A DNA stretch of 64,000 nt from contig OZ024741.1 in the NCBI GenBank assembly GCA_964016885.1, positions 173,910,001 to 173,974,000 on the forward strand. Direction: 5' to 3'. The stretch comes from Eledone cirrhosa. Taxonomy: Eukaryota. Both the position numbers and the translations under genes were made by a program. Below the pieces are notes generated by a model. That model made no database searches and was not told the DNA's origin. It saw nothing but the letters and a program-made list of their open reading frames with translations. Below are positions 25,206 to 37,058 of the stretch, in pieces (the first letter of the stretch is position 1; the number at the start of each line of letters is the position of its first letter).

Positions 25206-26844
25206 CAATTTTGTGAAATGAATATCCACATATACATTAATTTCTCAAGCAGGCATTTCCATTAATTGAATCAACTGGAGCACTCATCACTGGAAATAAT
25301 GAAGGTCCAACATCAACAGTGTGTGATTACAATTATATACAGTTTGTAGATTAAAGTAGATTTTTCTACACAGAAATTCTATTTTTTCTTTATATCTTTC
25401 AGTAATGTTCTTCATTGTGTATCTAGTTTAGAATAGGTACACATCCTGTGTGATGTGAGAGGTGACAAAAAGTTTTGGCACTAGGAAGGATATTCAGTTG
25501 TGAAACATTGCCTCAAAAGGACCCCATGATAAGCACGAAGCCTGTTATGGGACCTATAAAGTTAATCCCTGCTTTAGCAGGGCAAATGGATTTAAAACAC
25601 TTGTTGTGGTATTGAGTAACACCAAACATAATCATAAAAGAATCATTCCTTCATTGATAATTCAGAGACAGCTACTGTTTAATTTTGATAGAATGTCCCT
25701 CTCGCTCCCTACCATTCTATCACTCGGTTTTCCCCCATTAACTCTCATATTCATACTCTCTCCTCTTTTACAATCATATTCTTGAGGACATTTATCTGAA
25801 TAAACAGACCAAGTAGTAAAGATTTTAGTCATGCAGTAGTCAATTGCTATAAATAATAGCTTAAAAATTTGGGTAAAATACTCCAAGAGATGGAAAAAAG
25901 TGACCAGCAGCTGGCTTCAGCCTCACTATGTCACACTTAGGGCAAATATTTTCTGCTGTTGTTTCAGGCTGACCAATGCCTTATGAGTGAATTTGGTAGA
26001 TGGGAACTGTGAAAGCTCATCGTTTGTAAATATGTGTGTGTTTGTATGTCTTTCCCTCCAAAACACTGTTAAGTTGGTGAGTCTCCCTACCATACTGAAA
26101 AAATATGGGTAGGCATCATTTGCATATTTTCCATTTCTAGTTGGTTAATTTACATTATAGAGGCTTCGCTGTTACCTTGTGGCATGTCATCTTATGATTG
26201 ATGTGAAGGTTGGTGTCTACTACCAATCCTTTTATAGCATTTTAAGGACAGAGTTTCTTAGCAGCTGTCTATTTCCCATAACAGACTGTCATTGAAATTT
26301 CCTCTTCTCTCATTGGCAGCTGTTGTCTTTCTTATTTGTTCGATTCAATACCAAAACCCAAACAAATACAAAAATCCCAATTGATTAAACCTCAGTAGCA
26401 GTTAAGTAAATTGCCAACCTCAACACCACCATCATCATCATTGCCATTGTCATCACTGCCATCACCACCAACCACACCATCATCCTTAGAACACCACCAC
26501 CATCACCACCAATACCACCAACAGTACCACCACCACCACCACCACCAACAACACACCTATCAACATCACCACCAACAGACAGACATATAACTGCAACACC
26601 ATTATCAAGAAGGCCAATGTCCGAGCCAATGCACATGTAGGACTTCTGAATTTCACTGAAATAGCTCACATAAATAGATTTCATTGCCTGAATATTGAAA
26701 GAAAGTTTTTCTGAATCTGAAAAAGAAAAGTGTGTGTGTGTGTGTGTGTGTGTGTGTTCTTGTAGGAAGCTATGAGGGCATGTGTGTATATATAAGTTTA
26801 AAGGGAGCATGTGTGCACTTGTGTGTGTTTCGTCGTTACTATGA

Positions 26845-28281
26845 AGATCACCATTTGTACATTTGTTTTTTCATGCTTGTATGGATTGAACGAGTTCTTT
26901 TCAGCTCAGCATCTCCTTACATGATGTGATCTTTTATCATCTCAACTGTGAGTTTCAGCTATTTGAGATCAGCTATCACCACTTCTGCCCAGGTCTTCCT
27001 TGGCCTTCCTCTGCAGCGACTTCTTGGCTCTTCTTCACCCAGTGATCACCATCTATGCACATCACATGTCCATCCCAACACAGTCTTCTCTCTTGCACAC
27101 TACTTCTGATTCCTCTTATTTTTCTCTCAGTTCATCCAGGCTCTATCACTCTCTAACATTAAAATTTCACATCCATCGAAGCATGCTTGCTTCATTTCTC
27201 TCCAGTCTGCCCATTACCTCTGTAGTCACTGCTCATGTTTCAGAGCCATGCAGCTTAACACTTTGCACACAGGTGACATACAACTAACCTTTCATTCAGA
27301 GGGAGAAACCTCTTGTTGTCAATAGAGGTAGTAGTTCCATAAACTTCTTTAATCCTATCCTTATTCTAGCTACTATGCCCATGGAGCACCCTTCTCCACT
27401 GCTAATTAAATCACCTAGATATCAGAAGCTATCAACCACTTCTATGGATCATTCCTGAAAAAGATTTATATCATTGTCGATACTGCTATCAATTAACCCT
27501 GAAAATCTACATACAAAGTCTTTCTTTCCTGTTAGTCTACCTGTTATCCCATTACATCTCTTGTGTACCCAAGATTTATATTGTGCACATCATATAGAGT
27601 TTATGCCTATTATTTTTCTACATATTGAGCAGGGCCACTTTCCAGAAGGAAGCAGGGTCCTGTCTACTTTCTTACTTACTAAAACTTTAGATTTAGCTAG
27701 GTTTACTCTCAACCCTTTTGATTCCAAATTCTGTTTCCATAGTCAGAACGTAATCTTTAGTTCTTTTAGGGATTCAGCTATAAGGACCAAATCATCAGCA
27801 TACATAAGTTCCCATGGACAACCAGTCTTAAACTCCCCCATTATAGCCTAGAAAACTATGATGAACAAAAGTGGGTTGAGGACTGAGCCCCAATAAACTC
27901 CTACCTGTACCTTAAATTCCTCACTAAACTCATTTCCTACTCTCACTCCTACTCCCCTCTGAACAAAGTTTGCACTGCTCTCACAAACCACTCCTCTACC
28001 CTTAGTTTCCTTAAGGACCAATGGATGACAGATTGAGGTATGCTGTTGAAAGCCTTTTCTTGATCATCAAAAGTTAAATATAACAGCTTAGTTAAATATA
28101 ACAGCTTATTCTTGGCTAGGAACCGTTCTTGTAGCTCTCTCACTAGGAAGAGGGCATCTGTAGTACTTCTCTCAGGCACAAAACTCAACTGCATCTTGTC
28201 TAACTTTACTGTTTCCCTAATTACGTGTGTGAACACTCTTTCTGTCACGTTCACAACTTGATCCATTAGTTTTATTCCTAT
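26845..28281 (-). mobile_element. Decayed 5'-truncated RTE LINE (RT, PHD insert and C-terminus)
   Basis: MDQVVNVTER...STTDALFLVRELQE...GCPWELMYADD...WVHKRC, with frameshifts. The 5' end abuts (TA)n. Confidence 0.85.
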
Positions 28282-28596
28282 ACATATATATATATATATG
28301 TATATTTGGTTTTTGATATGGTCACTGTTGAAAAGATGTTCATTTGAGTTATAGTAGGCATATACTACATCACACTTGCATAGGTTAGCTAGAGATAGAG
28401 GAGTGGAAGGTGCTGTGGTGGTGGCGGTGGTGAGATGTGAAAGTAGGTCATTGTACTAATGGTATCTCAGTCTGTTCAGTTTTGGTCAGTCTGTCATGGC
28501 TATTAAAGGAGCTATAAAACAAATAATTCCTACAAGTTCTTATTTATCTATTTTTCTTATCGGTAAACAGAAATCAGTTTATTCTGTAATATTATC

Positions 28597-29142
28597 CTTA
28601 GAGTGTCAGACACTATGCTTTGCAGCATAGAGTTATGGCCCTTTACGTTCTGAGTTCAAATCCTCCCAAGGTTAGCTTTGCCTTTCATTCTTAAGGGGTC
28701 GATAAATAAAGCACCAGTAATGCACTGGGGTCGTTTTAATCGACTTTCCCTTCCCCCTTCAAATTGCTGGCCTTGTGCCTATAGTAGAAACAATTATTAT
28801 TATTAAGGGCAGTGGATTAGCAGTAATGAGAGAGCATCAGACACTATGCTTTGTAGCATACAGTTGTGGCCCTTTACAGTCTGAGTTTATTATTATTATT
28901 ACTATTATTAAGGACGGTAGATTGGCATTATCAGTAGAGCAATGGACACCATACTTCGTAGCATAGAGTTACAACCCTTTATGTTCTGAGTTCAAATCCT
29001 GCCGAGGTTATCTTTGCCTTTCATCCTTACGGGGTTAATAAAATAAAGTACCAGTAATGCACTGGGGTCGATTTAATCAACTTTCCCCCTCCCCCTTCAA
29101 ATTGCTGGCCTTGTGCCTTGAGTAGAAACCATTATTATTACT
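28597..29142 (+). mobile_element. Cluster of three head-to-tail Meta-like SINE copies
   Basis: Copies at ~28597, 28806 (partial) and 28912, separated by (ATT)n tails. Confidence 0.8.
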
Positions 29143-30619
29143 TTTATTATCATGTTGCTACCCCTTGGTCTTTAATGTTTAATTACATGTACTCATGAAC
29201 ATTTGGCCACCCCGTTGCACACACTTGCAGAAAGACACGCAACCCATATGCACACACTATACACAGTCATGTACACATAAACATAGATGAGTAAAAAAAA
29301 AAAGAATGTATTCATATACCATAAAGGTGAAGATAGAACATTAGATGCTAGGGGAAATAGTTATTCATGGACCTAACCTATAAGGCAGAAGGGTAATAGG
29401 TATTAAATATGGAAGCATGGTGTTTAGCAGATGTTAAAGAAATTAGCTAAAGGAAATGGAAGAGTCTAGTACTCCGTTGTATAGATTAACTAATGCATCT
29501 ACATATCAAGCTATTAGGGGATTGCCAAGGGATGTAATATGTGGCTCGTGTTTCCGTTGTAATTATGGATCCAAAAGGTAGATAGACTTTAGATCAGGAA
29601 ATAAAGCATTTTGACATACCATCAGCTAACTTCATAATAAGATGTCCCCCTACACACCTTCTATCAGGAACTCGTTTGGGGTTCTTCTCTATGGAGAAAG
29701 ATGCATCCCTGTGAGGATGAGAGAATACTTTGCTGATCTCCTAAATTTGGTCTGGTCACAACAGCATCTTGTGATGTACATGAGGTACATATAGAGGCAA
29801 AGACTAACCTCTAAAACACTGAGATCACAAGAAAAATTAAAGAGCTCAAATGTGGCAAGGCAATTGGGGAGGATGACATTCTGCCCAAGATCTCTTTCTA
29901 TTGCTTAGCTTTCTCTCTCATTCTACCTTCTGATGAAGGACTAACATCCAAAACATTAAACCTCTTCTACATTAATCTAATACATATTATCAATTTATTA
30001 TATTGTTCTCCCATGTTGTTTTTCTTTGTTGACTTTTCTCATATATGTGTATATCATCATCATCATCATCATCATCAATTAACATCTATCTTCCACGCTA
30101 GCATGGGTTAGATGGGTCCCATTTAGAGGCAAGGGTGACAGTGTCTCGCTCACATAGGGGTGTTTCTGGCTGGTTTTCTATAGTTGTATACCCTTCCTAA
30201 TGCCAACCACATTGACAGTGTATGCTGGATGCTTTTTGCCATGTGTTTTACACGTCCACTTTACAGTGTGAGCTGGGTGCTTTTTGCCATGTCTTTTACA
30301 CGTCCACTTTACAGTGTGGACTGGGTGCTTTTTGCCATATTTTTTACATGATATATATATATGTATATATAGAAGTATAAGTTTGAAGAACAGGCAGACA
30401 AAATTTGCCTAATTTTTCTTCTTAGTCTAGAAAAATTAACTAAATAAATATTCAATTAAAAGGGGCTAAGTATAAAATTTAAGTTTGAAAAAATAATAGA
30501 TAAATGTATACCAATATTCCTCTAGCCCCGATTGTCGACAGTTTCGCTTGTGCTATGTGGAAATGTGTAATTGCTGCATTATCCATGAGGCTTCAAGCTT
30601 ATCTATCTATCTATCTATT

Positions 30620-31637
30620 CCGATGGCATCATCAGACGCTGGACAGAAGGACCAGTAAAGCTGCTCGGGGTCTGGTTTGCTCCGGACCTCCAGGTGGAGA
30701 AGAACTGGAATGAGGTGACGGCCAAGGTGATTGTACTCACTCAGAAGTGGGGGCCGAGTGCAAACTATCCTTGAAAGGTCGAGCGGAGGTGGCGAACACT
30801 TTTATAGTGTCCGTCATCTACTAACGCTTGACTGTCGTGCTTTGTCCAGCCAAAACGCTCAACAAAATGGAGCGTGCGCTCTTCCAATTCCTTTAGAAGA
30901 AGCGGGCTCCTTTGGTGAGAAGATCCATCTGCTGCCAACACCCTTCCAACGGAGGGCTGGGGATGCCGTGGCTGACGATGCGCAAACACGCACTCAGGCT
31001 GCGGCATCTCTACGTATTCCTCACTAGACAACCGGTGTGGGCCACGTTTGTGGGGCGAGCCTTCCCACGACTCATCTCACTGATCAAGCTGCAGTCCTGG
31101 GTCAAGCAAAGACCGAGAAAAATGGGCGACTGGCACATCGAATGTGCTCAGGCGCTCACAGCCCTCTGGCAGGCAAACCCGGCAATCAGTGGAGACTCCA
31201 CTTCATCATTCTATAGAGGGTTGATCCGCAACAAGTGCGACGACGCGCTCAGAGAAACTAGGCGTAGAGGAAGACGAACTGGCCAGTCTGTTTGGTAGGA
31301 CCTTCCGCCCGGGACCGATGGACAACTTCCAAATCCCTGATCTCGCACTGCTACCGAGGAACTCTACCAGTTCGAGACAAGCTCTACAGACATGGGCGCC
31401 CGGGCAGGGACCCTTCAAAAAAGATCTGTCCGAGATGTGTGCGAGACGAAGAAACCGTCACGCACGCATTCATACACTGCCCGGGCGTTACCGACCTGTG
31501 GGGCTATGTAGAACGACTATTGTCGCGGGTGGGACCAATCCAGTTGACCACCGAGTCCATTGTCATGATCAAACCGCCACCCTCCTTCAAAAACGAAGGA
31601 GAGGCGGTTTTCCTTTGTGTGATAGCTATGGCGAAAG
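30620..31637 (+). mobile_element. Tx1/L1-clade LINE fragment (3' part of ORF2)
   Basis: Closely matches 34295-35280: GGLGMPW...CPRC...ETVTHAFIHC (zf-RVT CCHC). Confidence 0.9.
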
Positions 31638-32195
31638 AAACACACAACCACCAGCACAAAGAGAACAAACATCACAAACAAAAAAAAACACCCCACCTGA
31701 AAACATAATACACACTACAAAACACAAACACACACAAAAACAACAAACAAAAACAAACACAACACAACAAAAGCAGTATACATACATCAACACAAACAAC
31801 AAAACACTTGTACAAACAATAGACAAAGACCCTTCGGTGGAAACCGAAGGGAAAATGTTCACCAACGCGACAAATAAACCGCATTTAAAAATGATTAGGG
31901 TCCCAAGGGACACCTACGCTATGCTCAAACAAAACTTTCCCGAGGATGTGGGGAACCCCTGTACTAGACCTATCAACCGCGTCCTTTTGAAATGTTTCCC
32001 CACCACCACCCCAGACAACTCTCCCCCACACAACACCCCCACCCCACTACACTGATGTCCCCCACCACATCCCAAACCACCACCCCACCAAACAACCCCC
32101 CTGACACCCCCATAGAAATTGTGCAGCCTGGTCACCAGGAGAAGGAGTGGTAGGTGTCTTTTCCTTTTTCTGCACTTTAACTCTTCACCACGAAC

Positions 32196-35100
32196 ATGGC
32201 TGTTATAAGAGTTGGTTGTTTAAATGTGCGCGGTCCTGAAAGCAGGGCAAACTCTTAAATGACCTCAGGTCGCACAGAATAGATGTAATAGCTATTTGCG
32301 AGTCCAGGATCAGCAGCGAGCACCAACTGGCCCCCATCTTAGACTACTTTGAGATCTATGCATCTCTCTGTCAGCCGGGGGATGGGGGCAAGTTTGTCGT
32401 TCTGCTGCAAAAACACCTGGACCTCGCAACACGGAAAGTACACTTGGACCCGGAGGGTCGACTGGTGGTTCTAGACGTCGGCAGTGGTGAAGGTGGAGCC
32501 TTCAGGCTGGTGGCAGCGTATGCCCCATCTGGGACACCGCGACCGGACTTCTTCCAATGCCTAGAGACTTTTCTGGGAACGTCCCGCTCCTTGCTTTTAT
32601 TGGGGGACTGGAATGGTATCCTGGATGCACGTTGGGACTATGTAGGGGCATGTCCCGATAGAGGGGGGGTGGGTGAAACAGCCTCAAACGGTTAATCGGC
32701 CAATTTGATCTGGCCGATAGATATCGACTAGATTTTCCGACTGTGCCACTGTGGACGTGGACTAATCACAGCGGAACATCTAGGTCGTACCTAGATAGGT
32801 TCTTAGTTAAAAATAAGGATAGGGACATATTAAGCTGTCCACGAATGTTCATGGTTGACTATTCAGATCACAAGTTGGTGACCGGCGTAGTCAGCCTTGA
32901 TAGAACCCATAGACAAGGACCCGGTTACTGGAAGCTAAACTTGTCCTTACTGACAAACAAAGCTTACAGTAAGCGGATTAGCACTTTAGTTAAGCAACGG
33001 TTGATGGGGGCAATTGTCGACAGCAGGTGGTGGGGCTCTCTCAAGAGAGCAATTAGAATAGAATCAATAGGTTTTAGTCAGGAATTAGCATTAGATAGGA
33101 ATAGAACTGAAAGGGAATTGATAGATAGAGTAGAAGAGGCGATTAGGAGTGGCAACGTGGCCGGCGTGCTGGCATCAAGAACGGCTCTAGACTAGTTCTT
33201 TGACGCGAAGCACGAGGGCTGCATTGTCAGGAGTAAAATACGTGCTCTGGGTAACGAGGGGCCCAAAGCTGTTAGCTGGGCCCGAGTGACGGAGGCAAAA
33301 AGTGGAAACAAGTCCACGATTGGTCTTTGAAGGACCAGGAATGACGCGTGATCCTTGAACCTGAGTGGATGTGCATGGCCTTTCAGCGGGGCTTTGCACG
33401 ACTGTTCGGGAGGGGCGGCGGGCCGGGTGAGGCTATGGATTTCGGTCCATACCTCGGGGTCTCGATGGTCTACCATACAAACTTTATGTAGCGATGCCAG
33501 ACTTGTTCTCCGATCTCCTTGAGGCAGTCTACTGCAACTGCAACAGAACGGGAGAATTCCCAGTTCTGTGACCAAGGGCATAGTCACGCTAGTGAGGAAG
33601 GACGAGAACAAGGGGTATGACATAGATAACTTCAAGCCCATAACTCTGCTAAATATAGAGTTAAAGATTTTGACCAAGGTGTTAGCGAAGAGGTTGGCGC
33701 TTGTCGTCGAGAACCTGGTGGGAGAAGCGCAGACATGCGCAATCCCGTCCAGGTCTATACACGAGAACCTCCACCTCATGCGATACATCGTAGAGAGGGT
33801 AGGGAATGAACCTGGCTTTGGTGGGGCCCTGATCAACTTGGATCAATCTAAGGCGTTCGATAGGGTCGACCATCGGTACCTGGATGCGGTGCTTGCAGCG
33901 GCAGGCTTCGGACCCATGTTCATGGGCTGGATTGCTGCAATGCACAGCAGCAACACCTGCTTGAGGGTCAAGGTGAACGGCTACCTCCCGGAGCTGTTCC
34001 ATATCACGCGATCCATTCGACAGGGATGCTCTCTCTCCTCCCTTCTGTACGTACTGACTCTCGATCCACTACTGCGGAAGTTGGAGCTATTGTAGGACAT
34101 CCCTCTGGAACCGGGACTGCGGAAAGCGGCGTCGGCCTACGCCGATGACGTGACAGTAATGGTGTCGAGTGCCTCGCAAATCGAGGAAGTCGGCACCTTA
34201 CTGAAGGAATACAAAAGTTTCACAGGAGCGAAGCTAAACCGGGACAAGTCCATTGGTTTACAACTTGGATCGTGGAGAGGCAAACCGATGCCTTCCGATG
34301 GCGTCGTTGGACGCTGGACGGAAGGACCGGTAAAGTTGCTCGGGGTCTGGTTTGGTCCGGACCTCCAGGTGGAGAAGAACTGGAACAAAGTGACGGCCAA
34401 GGTGTTTGCACTCACCCAGAAGTGGGCCGAGTGCAAACTATCCTTGAAAGGTCAAGCGGAGGTGGCGAACACTTTTATAGCGTCCGCCATCTACTACCGC
34501 TTGACTGTTGTGCCTTGTCTAGCCAAAACGCTCAACAAAATGGAGCGCGCGCTCTTCCAATTCCTTTGGAAGAGGTGGGCTCCTTCCAACGGAGGGCTGG
34601 GGATGCCGTGGCTGACGATGCGCAAACACGCACTCAGGCTGCGGCATCTCTATGCATTCCTCACCAGACAACCGCTGTGGCCCCGTTCGTGAGGCGACCC
34701 TTCCGTCGACTCGTCTCACTGACCAAGCTGCAGTCCTGGGTCGAGCAAAGACCGAGGAAAATGGGCGACTGGCACATCGAATGTGCTCAGACGCTCACAG
34801 CCCTCTGGCAGGCGGACCCGGCGATCAGTGGAGACTCCACTTCATCATTCTATAGAGGGTTGATCTGCAGCAAGTGCGACGACGCGCTCGGTGAAACTCT
34901 AGGCGTAGAGGAACACGAACTGGCCAGTCTGTTTGGTAGGACCTTCCGCCCGGGACCAATGGACAACTTCCAAAAGTCCCTGGCCTGGCAGTGCTACTGA
35001 GGAGCTCTACCAGTTCGAGACAAGCTCTACAGACATGGGCGCCCGGGCAGGGACCCTGCAAAAAAGATCTGTCCGAGGTGCGTGCGAGACAAAGAAACCG

Positions 35101-35722
35101 TCGCGCACGCATTCATACACTGGCCGGGCATCACCGACCTGTGGGGCTATGTAGAACGACTATTGTCGCAGGTGGGACCAATGCGGTTGACCACCGAGTC
35201 CATTGTCATGATCAAACCGCCACCCTCCTTCAAAAACGAAGGAGAGGCAGTTTTCCTTTGTGTGATAGCTATGGCGAAAGAGGTTGTATGGTGGACAAGG
35301 TTGAAAGGGCTGAGGTCAGACACCTTTCTCTCCGGCCAACAACTGATTCTTTTTTTCAAATACCACTTTGGAAGAAGAATCAGGATGGAGAGAGAGGTGC
35401 TGTACCCCAGCAAGTTTTATGAAAGGTGGGTGAAAGTGGCGAGAATGGCCCGAGTAAATGGGCCTTCTCTCTATATCAGCCTGTAGGTTGAGGAAAAGGA
35501 AGAGGAGAGGAAAGAAGTACAAACTCTACATACTCCTGGAGATGAGGGTTGCACATTTTTTCGGGGCTATGTGTTACCCATATAAACTGACTCCCCCTAT
35601 TGGGGAATATCGACTAATTTTTAAATTGCATTTGTGATAATATTTTACACGTTTTTATTGTATGTAAACTTCCCCCTTTGTATTTGTCTCCTTCTTTTGT
35701 GCCCCTGTGGCTAATAAAGAAA
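32196..35722 (+). mobile_element. Tx1/L1-clade LINE ORF2 (APE-RT-CCHC), decayed with an internal deletion
   Basis: MAVIRVGCLNVRG, GDWNG, SYLDRFLV, YSDH, GPGYWKLN, LDQSKAFD, IRQGCSLS, YADD, GGLG, CCHC remnant. Stop at 35486, AATAAA at 35713. Confidence 0.92.
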
Positions 35723-35747
35723 CATATCTATCTAAGAAACATATCTA

Positions 35748-35830
<83 letters not shown>

Positions 35831-36167
35831 ACCCTATCCTCCCACTCCCACCAACACCACCCTCTCTGTAAAGTTGGAACCACAACATCCAGTCCAAATA
35901 AATGAGATAATGAGATCGAGATCGTGTAGGTGTCACAACAAAAAAACACACAGTCCACGCTGTACTGTGGCCATGTAGATAACGCGGTAAAAAGTTCCCA
36001 GTCCACACTGTAAATGTGGTTGGTGTTAGGGAGGGCATCCAGCCGTAGAAAACCTGCCAGATAGTACTATATGAGTGAGACACGGTCACCCGACCAACCT
36101 TGCCTCAAGTGGGACAACTCCTGTCTAACCCATGCTAGCATGGAAGATAGACGTTAAACGATGATGA

Positions 36168-36221
<54 letters not shown>

Positions 36222-36298
36222 ATATGTATATAATCATAATTAACCCATGCTAGCGTGGAAGTTGGACGTTAAACGAAGATGATGAGGATGATGATAAT

Positions 36299-36486
36299 AT
36301 ATAAAAGAAAAAATAAGTTGAAAATGCATTTGGAGTCTGTTAGATTCAAGTGGACATTGACACATGTCTCTCCATCTCTTTTGACTTTAAAAATCATGAA
36401 ACTTGTGAAACTAGTAAAGTCATAAATTATTGTCAATAAACCTTCTTAAAGACTCCAATTACATTTTCAACTTCTTTTTCATATAT
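36299..36486. repeat. ~185-bp foldback element with ~35-bp imperfect terminal inverted repeats
   Basis: aagttgaaaatgcatttggagtct pairs with agactccaattacattttcaactt. Inner inverted repeats attgaca/tgtcaat and tgacttta/taaagtca. Confidence 0.75.
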
Positions 36487-36760
36487 TTTTACCCATGTGA
36501 GATATATTAAAAACCCTTACTTTCGAATGTATAAATATATATATATATCCTCTTGCATTATCTTCGTAAACTGCCGATGTTGTATTTTAACTTTAATTTT
36601 CTTTTAATTTTCTTTTAATAAGATTTTAATTTTTGAATGTAAATTGCCATGCTAAAATATTATAATGGATGTCACCCCACTGTGCATCGATATATACATA
36701 TGTTTCTGTATGTCTCTTGTGTTGGAAAGGAGGTCATGTATGTAAGCAATCATTGAAAAA

Positions 36761-36810
36761 TTGCTCCGAAGACTCCAAACCTCGGTTTGGACGAAACAAT
36801 TATAAGCTAA
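36761..36810 (+). ncRNA. Minimal type I hammerhead motif in the 5' pseudo-LTR (stem III mutated)
   Basis: GCT-CCGAAGA-C-TCCAAACC-TC-GGTTTGGA-C-GAAA-C-AATT-A-TA-AGC. A G>A change breaks the stem III C-G pair. Confidence 0.55.
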
Positions 36811-37058
36811 TAAATGGTTTGAACAGAACTTTGATTCATATGAATTCTATATAACTGCTCTGTAAAACAACTGATGTTATTACATTGAGCTATTTATCTT
36901 ACTGGTAATAAGGTAGTAATAAATTACTGTCTTTCACTGTTTAGGGTTTAAAATATATATAACTATAAAAAGTTTTAGTATATACATAACCATAAATAGT
37001 ATCCTTAATACTATTAACTGCTCCATACTGTTGAGCTGACATACAATAAATTACCAGT

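Noticed and set aside
36547-37013. True LTR retrotransposon
   Set aside because: There are no TG...CA ends, primer-binding site, gag or integrase. The enclosed ORF is PLE RT plus GIY-YIG, so the repeats are pseudo-LTRs.
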